Part shown: piece by piece, positions 31,447 to 43,425 of the stretch
Layout: each line of letters opens with the position of its first letter
Numbering within the stretch: the first letter of the stretch is position 1
Assembly (NCBI GenBank): GCA_904063045.1
Contig: CAJFCJ010000009.1
Coordinates: forward strand, 1,034,942-1,098,941
Direction: 5' to 3'
DNA from: Dimorphilus gyrociliatus
Taxonomy: Eukaryota > Animalia > Annelida
Length of the DNA: 64,000 bases
The notes under the pieces: generated by a model
What the model was told of the DNA's origin: nothing
Seen by the model: the letters and a program-made list of their open reading frames with translations, nothing else
Databases searched by the model: none
Made by a program: the position numbers and the translations under genes

Positions 31447-32479
31447 TTAAGGCAGACGAACCATTGGCTTTGTTTCTGCTTTATTTTCATTAGCTTCAAT
31501 ATCCATCGATGATTGGAATGGATCACTGCTAGTATCCATTGAAAATTTTAATGGATCATTGTTAGTATCCACTGAAGATTTTAATGAATTGTGATCTGCA
31601 TCTATCGTCGGTTTAAATGGATCATGAATTTTATCATTAACGTCTTGATCACTCTCCATGTTATCAAACCCTCTTCTGACTGTATCCTTTTAAAAATTAA
31701 CAAGCATGGTAAGATGGAGGGAAAATACTATTCATAGACTTTTTTATTGGAATAAATAAGGTACCGTTTCATCATATCTAGGAAATTCTGCAAATTGATT
31801 AGAGCTATCTCCAGTATCTCCATGATTTGAATCACCATCGCTATTGTTATTGTCCCCCTCTTCAGGTGAGATAATGCCTGATCTTATACGACGAATACAA
31901 GACTGAAGTGATAATAACGTTATTTCTAATAGAACGATTATTTCGGTAAATTTATTATAACCTTTATCTCACTTTTCCCTCCTAATTTCTCCATTCTATT
32001 TATAAAATCTTCAAAAGTAAGCTTAGGAAATAGCCTATGAGCCCAATGTTCCATTTGCATCATTAAGTAACGAATATCATTTATTTCGTTTCCCTTCCCC
32101 CTAAAATTCATTGATTTTGCTAGATCTGGAAGGGCAGATAATCCCCGAGAAGTACCTAATCTACATTTTTTTAAAAATTCGATTTTTGCAATTAAAATTT
32201 TTTTTTTTGTAAGTTTAAAGCATTAAATGGTTATCATCTCACCTTTGCCCATCTAGTTTCGGTTGCGGATTTATAACTCTTTTTGCTTTGGATTCCTTTT
32301 TCTCATCTGGATGTAATATGAAAGAATATTGAAAACGCCGGATTAAAAGCAAAGATTACTTTAATCAGACCCTTGGATTGTCCTTCATTATTCTCATTGT
32401 CGTCTAAAGGTTTTAGTCCATCATCATCTTTATTATCTTGCCCGAAGAGGTCATTTAATCCCGTTTCTTCCTCTTCCAT
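31447..32479 (-). CDS. TIPIN: TIMELESS-interacting protein (Swi3 domain), spliced
   Basis: NPQPKLDGQR|LGTSRGLSAL...FRGKGNEINDIRYLMMQMEHWAHRLFPKLTFEDFINRMEKLGGK matches the Swi3/Tipin core; acidic N-terminus. Confidence 0.9.
31501..31632 (-). repeat. Four degenerate tandem 33-nt (11-codon) units in the TIPIN last exon
   Basis: Units start at 31501, 31534, 31567 and 31600 and share ATC(C/T)A...AATG(G/A)A; protein units DPFKPTIDADH / NSLKSSVDTNN / DPLKFSMDTSS / DPFQSSMDIEA. Confidence 0.8.
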
Positions 32480-32662
32480 ACTATTTGATAAGGCGCCAAA
32501 ACAATTTTTTTTGTAAATTCCCAGTCTACGCATGCGCGGTATAGCTAAAACACAGCAAAAAAGAGATATTTAGTACTACCAGTTGAGAAAATTATTAAGA
32601 ATCTTTAATATACTGCATTTAAGTTTAATATAATATCTTCAAAAGAATTTAAAGCCATAAGT
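32480..32662. promoter_or_regulatory. Bidirectional promoter between TIPIN and ERCC1 with E2F-like and NRF1-like motifs
   Basis: Only 183 nt between the divergent ATGs; GGCGCCAAA (reverse complement TTTGGCGCC) at 32492-32500 and CGCATGCGC at 32529-32537. Confidence 0.6.
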
Positions 32663-34173
32663 ATGAGTAAGAAATTTACGATTCCATCGCATTCCGAAAT
32701 TCAAAATGCTAAATCTAACCGTAATAATGTAAGTTTTCATAATTTACTGACCGAAAAAAGGGATATGTACCAAATGTTTTCAGCCTACGCCTGCTATATT
32801 TCAAAAAAGGAAACAATCCGAACAACCTAATGAGAGCATCATAGAAGAAAATGTTCCTAAACAATCATCAGAAAAAGTTATGAATAAAACAAGCACATTT
32901 AGAAGCTTTCAAAGTGACTCTAAGTAAGAATAACTAGACCATTTAGGTAGATAAATTGTGTAATCATTTCACAATATCTCTTGTACAGACCAACTGTACC
33001 AACTGTAACACCTGTCTCAGCAAATAGCAGTCAATCGCCAGAAAAGGCTGTGGATAAATCAGGCACATATAGAAGCTTTGAAACCGTCAATCGGTATGAA
33101 AGATTTAATCATTTGGACACATAAGTTGTGTAGTCATTTCATAATATCTCTAGACCTCAAAAACCACTTGTATCAACTACAACACCTCTCTTGGTAAATA
33201 GCAAACAACGAGGAAATCCAATTCTAAAACATATACATAACGTAGCGTGGGAGTATTCGGATATTGTTCCAGATTATATACTAGGGCAAACTACCTGTGC
33301 ACTATTTCTAAGGTATATGAGAAATTTACTTATAATTGAAGGCAAACAATAACAATTGTTTCTTGAAGCTTGAGATATCATCAATTGCATCCAGGTTATA
33401 TTCATGAACGCCTTAAACTATTGGGACGAACTTTTGAACTTCGTGTACTTTTAGCTCAAGTTGACATCGTTAGTTTTTAAAGTTAAAATCTATATATTTC
33501 TGATCAAATACAAAATAAATTCCTCTTTTAGAAAGATTCCAGCCATATTTGTCAACAATTAGCAAATATATGTTTACTTGCAGATTGTACTCTTATTTTG
33601 GCTTTTACGTAAGCTTTATTCAATATAGAATAGGGGAAAATGATATTAAACTAACAACTAAGTTATACCAGACCAGAAGAAGCTGGAAGATATCTGGAAC
33701 TGTACAAGGCCTTTGAAAATAAACCACCGGATCTTATTATGGAAAAGTCAGAAGAGTCATTCGAGGCAAAAGTAAAGTCTAAAAGCTCACACTATCACGT
33801 CAATTTAAGCGATTTTTCTTGTTTTAGCTAATTGATACATTAACTAGTGTTAAAAAGATCAACAAAACTGATGCAATAACGTTGTATTCAACATTTGGGA
33901 GTGTTAAAAATATATTTACTGCTACAGAAGAAGATTTATCTTTATGTTCCGGAATTGGTCCTCTAAAGGTATAATAATTTACATTCAACAACATATAAAT
34001 ATCATTTTCTTTTATCATTTTAATAGGCAAAAAGATTACATAAGGCTTTCAATGAACCTTTTATAAAGAATATTAAGAAAAAGGCTATAGAAGAAGTTAA
34101 TTCAACTGAAGTAAAAGAGAAGTGTGAGAAGGGAATTGGCAATGAAAATGATAATGAAAATGAAGGATGTTAA
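32663..34173 (+). CDS. ERCC1: DNA excision repair protein ERCC1, spliced
   Basis: [42 protein letters not shown]|[16 protein letters not shown]...[28 protein letters not shown], and the HhH segment [11 protein letters not shown]|AKRLH. Confidence 0.96.
32866..33201 (+). repeat. Intragenic tandem duplication of about 170 nt (exon end + intron + exon start) in ERCC1
   Basis: Copies CAGAAAAAGTTATGAATAAAACAAGCACATTTAGAAGCTTT and CAGAAAAGGCTGTGGATAAATCAGGCACATATAGAAGCTTT. The introns 32924-32988 and 33094-33153 share TTGTGTA(A/G)TCATTTCA(C/T)AATATCTCT. Confidence 0.85.
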
Positions 34174-34418
34174 GAATATATTCACAGCATGCGTTTATAT
34201 TCTCGTACAGTTTTACACTTTTATAAAATAGACAAAACAAAATTAATTTTGACAAAGTCCTTTTATAAACCTTTTTGTTGACAAAACCGTTATTAACAAT
34301 TAGCCATATATATATTAATATATATATATACAGTATATATATAAGTATAGGCTTAGTGGTAATTGATCGACTCATTGCTAATAATTTGATGCTATAAATG
34401 TCGAAAGTTGCTTTAAAA

Positions 34419-35425
34419 TCAATTGTAATTTTCTAGCAAACCATTCTGAGCACATAATCGTTTTTCGTTAGGCTCATTAATATTCATAAAATGTTCAACG
34501 CTCTTGAAATATTTGCTCAAGATATCTATATGTTTGCCTGAAATAAAGTTTTCCAATTTTTCAGTTCTTATATCATCTAAAGTTAGTTTTCTTTTTCTTG
34601 ACTGTGGATTAATACTGTCTTGAGATATATATGCTGACTCTTCACTTGTTTTTTCACTGGGGGCAGTTAAATTAGACTTAATTTCCATATTGAGTGACCA
34701 ATTTTCACTTGCAGATTCTTCTGAGGTATCTCCTGAGATCTTAGAGCTCATTGCATTTTCTTCACTATCAATATCAGTGAAGTATTCTTTGATACTCTCG
34801 AAATATTTATCAATCATTTTGACTTTTTTTGTATTTATTTTAAACATATTGAGATCTTCCGGTTTGAGTAGATTTTTCAAGTAATATATCTTATCTGAGT
34901 CAAGTTTTTTTACCTGATTTTCATCGGAACTCTCCCAAACTGAATCTTTGGCTGATAAACTGTTATCGAAAGAACTATCCAAACTATCTAAATCGTCTTC
35001 GTGAATGAAAGTTAGACGGTTTTCTCTGCTCTTTTTATGAGTTTCGCAAGAATTCTCATGTTCATTTGCAGTATCAAAAACACCTGAGAAAACGTTAAGC
35101 TTTAGAAAAATTAGATATTTTTTGAATGTAATGAAAAGTTATTACATCTATCTTCACAAATTTTAAGGTTTTCTATGTCAAATGTATCTGGAGACAGGGA
35201 TTGTTGGTCAGTCTGAAAAAAGTGGGTACTATTATCATCAACTTATATTATCGCTCGTTTAACTTTACTATTTCTTATGGAAATGTTAAATAGGATGAAT
35301 ATACTACATTGGAATAAAAGACTAACCTGAAAGAAGTTATTGGGGTTTGAAAACAATGAAAGCTTCTTAGGTTTTCTATTGAGTCTATCAGGGCTGGAGC
35401 TAATTTGGTTGTCTTCAGAAGCCAT
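34419..35425 (-). CDS. Orphan S/E/D-rich protein of roughly 270 aa, three exons, with an internal duplicated motif
   Basis: Exon 1 MASEDNQ..NNFFQ, exon 2 TDQQSLSPDTFDIENLKICEDR and exon 3 CVFDTANEHE...GLLENYN* join in frame via GT-AG. No family recognised. Confidence 0.65.
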
Positions 35426-35892
35426 AAGAGAAACGCTAAAAGAGATTCTCCTGAATTGTTAGATCGTTCGTTATATGATATAATTATGATTCGATGAGTG
35501 TTTCTATAGTATAATTAATAACTACACCGGGAAAATATGGTGGATTTTCCCGGTTATTTTAGATGACATGTCTTAGGATTATAAGGAGTAGCTATGTGGG
35601 GCACTCCTAATTACCACGCGGCAGTCAAACAATGGCGTCTTCATGATAATTCCAGTTCACCTAATCATATGGACCTAAACGTTAGACGGCTCTGAGAGCT
35701 GCTAACGAAATATCAATATATTTTAATATCTTGTAGGGCTACTCCTTCATAAAATTCGGAAATGCAATAAAAGTTCTTCGACTAATATAATTTCTATATT
35801 TTTTGAGATGTTCTCTATTTTGTTTCTAAAAAAAGCCAATTTAAATTTGATTCTTAAATGAATAAGTGTATTGGCTAAGATTCTCAAGCAAC

Positions 35893-38293
35893 ATGTCCCA
35901 CATGTGCATTAAATCTATACAAAAAATATTAATTTCTAGATCATATTTATCATCGTCAACTGCTGTATTTGGTAGAAAAACGAATTATGCCCGAAATTTG
36001 CCAGAATCTGAGGCTGTTTCCAATGAAACCTTAAGAAAAACGCCTAAAAAAACTCGATCTAAATTTTCGCAAGAAGATTCATTCGGTTCTTTAAAATCGT
36101 TTTCCAAACGAGACAAGCGAAAAGCCTTAAATAAAGAGAGTATTTGGGCAGAAAACTTTGGAACTTTGTCTGTGCCTGAAACATACGAAATTGAGGATTC
36201 AGAGAAAATCAAAGAAGAGGATAGGTTAGTTGTTATTTATTAGCAAAGCTTCAACAGCTTTATCTTCTTTTATCAACGCTTAACAGAGAAAACTAAATGT
36301 TTATTTGTTGTAGAAAAGCCGCAATAGAAAAAACTAAAGATAGAAAGCCTAAACTACATTATGTGAAACAGGGAAGGTACTCTTTAGCTTGGTTTGGAAG
36401 GAAAATTGAAAAATTAACAACTAAGGGAAAGGTTGGTTAAAGTTAGAACTTTTTGAAAGTTTTAAAATCTTTATTTATTTCTTTCATCAAGGTTTCGGAG
36501 GCTATACGATACTTTGAAAATGAAATGATAGCAAAATTTCAGATCCATCCTAGTAGTCACACGTTTACAGTGTTAATAAGTGGATGTGCCAAAATAGGAC
36601 ATGTCGACAAAGCTTTTGAGTTATATGAGAAGGTATGTGATATTTAATGAGAATATTGTTTTTGTATTTTGTCAAACTGTTAACAAACAGATGCTCAAAT
36701 GGAAAATCGAACCAGTCAGTCATACATACGCCTCTCTTTTTAATTCAATCGCAAATTCACCTTATAGAAGTAAATATCTAAATCAAGCAAAAGAATTAAA
36801 GCATTCTTTGGAGAGCAATCAAACTGAACTTCACCCAATTGTTTACAAGACTATGCTAAAACTTTTTGCCTTATCGGGAGAAATTGAAGAAGCCGTTGAT
36901 ATCGTAGAAGGAATGATTAATAAAAAAATGAAAATTGATGAAATTGTCTTTAGTCATTTATTAATGGCATGTATTTCTCATAAGGAAGCTGGATTGAAAT
37001 TAGCAATCGAGGTATTCAGAAGGATGCGTAGAAAATATGTTAAACCAACAGCTATTCATTATAATCTCTTGTTAAGGGCTGTTAGGGACTGTGGAGCGGG
37101 TACTGCAGCATATAGTCAAACTCTTTTGTTACCTAAGTCGGAAAAGTCTCAAGGGGAAACCTTTTGGCAGTCACTTAAAGGAGAATTAAGGTTGTTAAAT
37201 GAACAATTATTGCTAGATTCTGGTAAAGTTGAATTAGTAACATCATCTAAGTCCAAAACCTTAATTCGTCAAAGTCATAATGAAGGAACATTAAAACCTT
37301 ACGATGATACACTCGAAAAGCCTAGTGTTCGAGATTTAATTGAAAGGAAGGGTGTATCTGCTCTCGACTCCGAAATTCCTGATCTCTTGTCCAACAAAAG
37401 AGATAACTTAACGTCTGTCATTGAACTGGGAAATCTAGAGAAAGCTGAACATCGTTTAGCTCTCCTCGGCGGTGTCCCTGGCATTTTAAACCATATGAAA
37501 GTAGACTCTGCCTCTCCAGATGTAAAAACGTTGAGCCTCATGCTACCCTCGATTCCGCAAAGCAGAGAGGCGGAAATAGATTTAATAAACGCATCGAAAG
37601 CCTTCGATATTGCTCTGGATATCGGATTTTATAATCAACTTATAAAACGTCGAGCTTTAAGACACGATACGGAAGGTTGCTGGGAAATATTTTATCATTT
37701 GACAGAAAATAATTTTCAATGTGACGAGAGAACATTCGGGTGTTTAGCTATGAGTTGTCGAAATATGGCTGATGGGGTTCGACTAATAGGCTATTTACAG
37801 GTACGAAAAATTGCATTTAAAGATAAATATAGTTAAATAAAGTTAACTTTATGTCAGGTTTCTGGAATGGATATAACAAAAGAAATCTGTGGTATTCTTA
37901 TGCAGGCAAGTTCCCAGAACTTCGAATACAAACTTCACATATTAGAATATATGAACGAGTCCGAAATTGAACCAAACTTCCAATTGATTAAAAATATTGA
38001 AAGAGACGTTTCTATAGCTAAAAAACAAAGTTTAAATAGGGTAAATGATAATGTAACAAACATTGATTTTCTTCTAATGTTAATTACTCTATTGACAGGA
38101 TCTCGGTAAACACGTAGAAGATTACTATAAATCAAAACATTTCAAGGAATTTTTTAAGAAATTTATGTCGAAATATAAATCTTGGCTATTGAATACAAAA
38201 TTGGCAGAAGAAAAGAACGTATTCGAAAATTTTGATAGAACTCCTGAAAATTTTGACGAATCAGAAGAACAAATTGAAAGAATTAATTTATAG
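35893..38293 (+). CDS. PTCD1: Mitochondrial pentatricopeptide repeat protein, PTCD1-like, spliced
   Basis: Basic, hydroxyl-rich N-terminal presequence; PPR repeats (HTFTVLISGCAKIGHVDKAFELYEK, HTYASLFNSIANSP, HYNLLLRAVRDCGAG), followed by HRLALLGGVPGILNHMK...PDVKTL and FYNQLIKRR as in PTCD1. Confidence 0.85.
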
Positions 38294-38646
38294 ATTTTCA
38301 AACTTACATGTTCCACTTTTTAGTTTTACACTTGTTTTCTTTATTCATAAAATTGTTGAAATTTAAAAAAGTTATTTTGTATAAAAAACTAACAGATGGC
38401 ATTAATGTCTGCGACGCCATTTTTTTTTTGCTATCCGGCTTGACTAGAAAATCGATCAGATTAGTATTTTCAGCATTAAATGTTCATTGAAAGGAATATT
38501 TACCGTTGTTTTCAAAATATTATTCTTTTTGGAAAAGATCGCGTCAAATACAAAAGTAAGTTATCTATTTCCTAGCGGAAGATATACAGTTACTGTAATA
38601 CACTGAACGCCTTAGTATTTTGAACGTTTTTTTTGCACAGCAGATA

Positions 38647-41600
38647 ATGAGCGAAATCGAGGTTGATTTCGTCTCTGATCTTATGATCACTGAAATGGAA
38701 AGTGTCCTGGAGGAGTTAGATGGGATAACTGATGGTAAAATATCGAATTCAACAGAATTGTGTCGACATTTGTATTCTCTCAGCGAGGACACACAATTGG
38801 ATTGTTCTTTGTGCGAGTCGCTGAGCGTTCAGAGAGCTGTTGCCGAGGCTAGAAGATCATGGATGAGAAATAAACCTTTGGAGTGTATTATTGATGGTTA
38901 GTACTTTATTTCTCAAAGCATTCTGTGACATTTCACGGCTAATTCATGTCAACAAAGGACTTCTACGCCTCCTTAATAAAATATAGATTGGGAAAAACTG
39001 GGCGTAAAATGGTTAAAATGAAAACCGCAGTGTCACGGAATGTTTTTCTGAAACCGCTTTAGTTTGGCTGTCATATTTAAATTAGTTTTAAGCACAAGCT
39101 ATTTTTGTAATTTCATACATTTAGATTAGAAAATATTTTGAAGGAGTATTTTACATTTAAAACTCTGTTCTCGGTTCAAATCGTGTCCTTTAGTCTTTTT
39201 GGAGGCAAAATGACAAATATTATTTATAGAAACGAGAACTATATCATTAATCTCGTACAACTTTCTCTTCAAGTAAGAAGACGTAACAGGTTTCGTATAT
39301 TCTTTTTAAGTTACTCACATCTTATTACGCTATCCGAAAATTTTTCAGCGTTTTCCACAAACCTTAATAGAGATACTTCTTTGCAACATGAAACGTATTC
39401 AAAAATCAGTTATTTGATTTCGTTTTTGTATAACTCTGACATTCTAAATGCTTTTCTCACCTATAGGAAAAAGTCTGCCTGACCTGTATCATGGAGTTGT
39501 TGGCCTAAGGAGAATTATACAACCGTCCATTACTAAAATTGCGTTAAATGCTGTTGTTAATTTTCGTTCAGAAGCTCATAAATGTATTATTATTGCTGAA
39601 AATCCTAATGTACAAGCTAAAGAAGCTGGATCCGTAACAGAAAAGATACAAACTGAAACATTTAGACAGGTCACAAGTTACATTGATTTTCTATTCAATT
39701 TAGAGACTGACCGAAGTGAAAAAGCTTCTAAAGGAATAATAAAATTTGCACAAAATGGTAGTCAAACGGATATAGTTGATCAATTGATGATTCAGGAATT
39801 TTACGATGACGGAAAAGACAATATACCTTCAAATACAAAGTATAAGAAGGATAAAAAGAAAAAGAAAAAGAAACATAAGAAAAAGGTTAGTTTTTTTTTA
39901 TGAAATGGTTCCAGATGTCAATTTGTAATGTTTTTTTCAATTATTAGGAGAAGCGGTCAAAAGTGGAAGACAAAGTCGAAAATGTTAAAGCTCCATTGCC
40001 CGCTATGATTGTTTATCCAGGGATGGACAAAATGGTATAATAGACTATCTTGACTCTTTTTTATCTTATTTTTGCTGTAAAAATTATAGGTTAATGATGA
40101 AGATCGTGCTGCATTACTCAGAGCAGGTGCTATTTCCGAAGACATCCGTACCATCAAAGTAGTCAAGAAGGACGAACGGCAAAATCATGATATGGCAAGA
40201 AAAGAATGTGAGAGTGCATATGATGAATTTGCAAAAGAACTAGAATTAATGACAGAGAGAAGTAATCATGACGCAAAATCCACGAAAAAACATTTATTTC
40301 CAGCAGCAGATCAATACTTACCAAAAACAATTATACCCGTAAGCATAAAATTATAATTTCTGATACAAGTATTCAATAATATTCAAAAACAGACTTTATC
40401 TGGAATTCCGCCGCAATTATGTCCACCTTCGCAAGTAGATGTACCTCAACCTATTTCTAAGGCTTCTCCACCTGAGAAAGTCATTCCAAAACCTGTTGAG
40501 CCGGAGGATGATGGAACTCTAGACAGCATTTTGATTAGTCAATTGGAATATTTTGCTCAAAATATGGAATCATTACTTAAAGCAAATAATTCGAATGAAA
40601 GTGCTAACCGAATCCCGCTTAATAAGTGTAGCGTGAAAATAAAAGAATCGAGTCGAATGAATGAACTTCTGGCCACGACTATTCAAGCTCTCTGTGGTAA
40701 TACTCGAAAAAAATTGAAAGGTAGTGCCTTACACCATGTCGCAGCAATAGATGATGTTGACACTTCTATGAAACGACAATGGAATGAAATAGTGAAAGAT
40801 ATGGACCAAATTTATGATACTTGCATCCCTCCCCCTCCAAAACCCAAAAAGATTAAATTATCCACAAATGGATTTCTGCCGCCTGATTTTGATTTGCCTA
40901 TCATACCTTTGAGAATTCCACCGAAGAGAATAAAAACTTTTGAACTTTGTGAGAGAAATATTTACAGGCTTCTCGATCTAGCACTAGTGAATATAGAAAG
41001 TTTTATGAGAGAAGTAAAGCTAAATGTTAAAGAGTTTGATAGCAGCTGTGTTCAACCGGGAATGTGTTTACCATGGGCATTAACATTGGCACTAGACCCT
41101 CGTTCGCATAGTGCTTCTCTTAGTCCTTCAAAAGAAAATGATAATCCCAACGAACTAGGTGATGAGAAAAAAACAGGTCTTGAGGAAGACATGAATAGTA
41201 TAAATCCAGTTGCAGAAAAGGAAACTACAAACATTAGTGCAACAAAAACTACGAAACTAACTTCTCGAAATAGCTTGGCAGCAGCTTTTCGACAGGCAAT
41301 TGAGGCCAAGAAAAGGGCCTCAAAGGAACAGCAAAATCAGAAAAGAAAGCTACCAATTCAAATTGATGTTAAACCGGCTAAGAAACTCAAAAGTCAAATG
41401 TTCATTCCTCCTGGTCAATTAGTCACTAAAGACAACCATGCAAAAACTAATGTTACTGCAAATAAAAGTTTATCAGAAATGCTGGAGACTCTAGATAGAA
41501 CATTAGTAGATGACGTTGGAACAAATTTGATGACTTCACAAAGAAACGAGTCTCTTGTAACACCAAAACTCTCAGGATTTTCTAGATTTGCATTAGGTCT

Positions 41601-43425
41601 CTTTAAACAATTGCCTAAAAGCACAAGAAATGATCCTTTTGCTACAAAATTTCGAAAAGCTAAATTTGAAGAGGTTAATGTGTTCAAAGCTGTTGAACCA
41701 AATCAAACTTCTAAAGCTACCATTCAATCGCCAACTGAAAAAGACCACCTGAACACATCTCCACTGGATAATGTAGAAATGGAAATAGATAGCAATAGTG
41801 AGCATGAAGTTACTCAAGAAGAAATATCTGAAACTTACCAGGACTTTGAGAAGCCAACTTTTGAGCCTTTCCGTTTTGAGAGTAGACATACTGAACCCAC
41901 GATAGAACTTCCTTTACCGGAGGTCTTCAATGCTACCAAGAAATTGCTATCAGAGGATCCTGTCGAAGAGCAATTAGAACACGAAGTTAACACCCAAAAA
42001 CAATGGGTCCTCGAACAATTTCCTGAGGCCCCTCCAGTTATACCTATACCTCCACCTCCCGTTGATCCCCTACCCGCAGAGCTATCTCCTGTGCCTCCGG
42101 CTCCATCGTCACCTCCCCTAGATCAAGATGAACTAAGAGAATTAGGGGATCCAGAGCCGAAAGAAAAAACTAACGAGGATTCGGTGGACATTCCTCTTCC
42201 ACCTGAAAATCCGGAAAGTAACTTAGACGATGTACCACTACCTGACACTCCTGCTCCTAAAGATCTTCCTGATAGGTCATCAAGTGCTAAGAAAACTGAC
42301 TCAAGTGAAGACGCAATGGATTTATGGAAAAAAAAGTGTCAAGAACTAATGGAAAACAGTCCGAATACACTTCTTCCTCCGCCAATAATAACACCTGGTC
42401 AACCTCCTTTGTTACCCCCGCCCCCTTTTCCGTTGTTTCCCCCCGACAAGAATAGACCACCTATGTTGCTTTTACCCCCACCGCCTATTCTACCAACACC
42501 GGTAGTACGAAAAAGACCGAAAGAAAAAGATGATACTGGAAAATTTCGCAATTTGAAAGTTTATGTATGGAAAACTGATAATCTGGATGCACAAGTTAGA
42601 AAATATCTATTGGAAAATGGGGGTGAGGAGATAGACCCCTTTCAGGTTATGTACCTTAAGTCAACAGGCATGAAGAAGGATATTCTTGTATTTATTAATA
42701 AGGAGAAGCTTAACCGTTTACATTTACTTCCAAATGTGAGCATTTTGCGAAAAGTACTTAACATTCATTTTCTGGCTTTTGGCTCATTAGATGATGTTCA
42801 GAATGAGCAGTGTACTGAAGTGATGATGAAAGGTGGACTTTTACTGCCTGATGACAAAGCTCTTTTGCAAACTCACCCGGCCACTCTAGAATTGCTGGTA
42901 GAATTCATGGTTCAACAGAAAGAAAAAAATAATAATTGGCAATTGGCTATTCATCAATTCAATTTGGACACTATGGAACTAATGAGAGAGAATCTAAAGG
43001 GAAATGAGTCAAAAATTAAACGGCTACATAAAGTAGAGAATATTCTGAATCGTTATATGTCATTAGGCGTTGTGAGAATATTAGATAGGCACCTATGTGA
43101 TGCTCACGCTAAACCAGCTAGCGAACTGTTAAACTGTGCAATAGATTTACAGTCAAGTTCAGACTTTTATCAAAATCATCGCCACGTTATTGTTGTTACT
43201 GATATGGAATCAAGTTCACAGAAAATGTGTATGTTTGCTGAACGAGGAGTTGGTGTAATGTCAATGGAAAAGTTCGTGTCTGGCGTTGTTGGAAAAAAAC
43301 CTGAGAATCCTAGCCGAATTGTAGATCCAGATTTTGGTATACGGGTTGCACGTTATTTCACTGATGCCCAGCCTTCTAATGCTGTTGTGAAACTTAAGTG
43401 GAATTTTGCTTCCGTTGGAAAGTAA
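38647..43425 (+). CDS. TASOR: TASOR/FAM208-like protein (about 1345 aa): putative N-terminal SPOC-like domain, Lys-rich NLS, Pro-rich linker, C-terminal TASOR-type PIN-like region
   Basis: Exons 38647-38896, 39467-39885, 39948-40034, 40090-40338 and 40393-43425 are phase-consistent. The C-terminus (KYLLENGG, LHLLPNVSILRK, FLAFGSLDDVQN, GGLLLPDD, WQLAIH, VRILDRHLCD, LLNCAIDLQ, RHVIVVTD, RGVGVMSMEKF) is collinear with the recalled human TASOR C-terminus (EYLIKLG, IHKIPGLVTLKK, FAGVDSLDDVKN, GGFIVSDE, WQWKVH, VEILSYHNCD, LDCLIRLQ, RHIVFLTE, NGIVVATAEDF). Confidence 0.75.
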
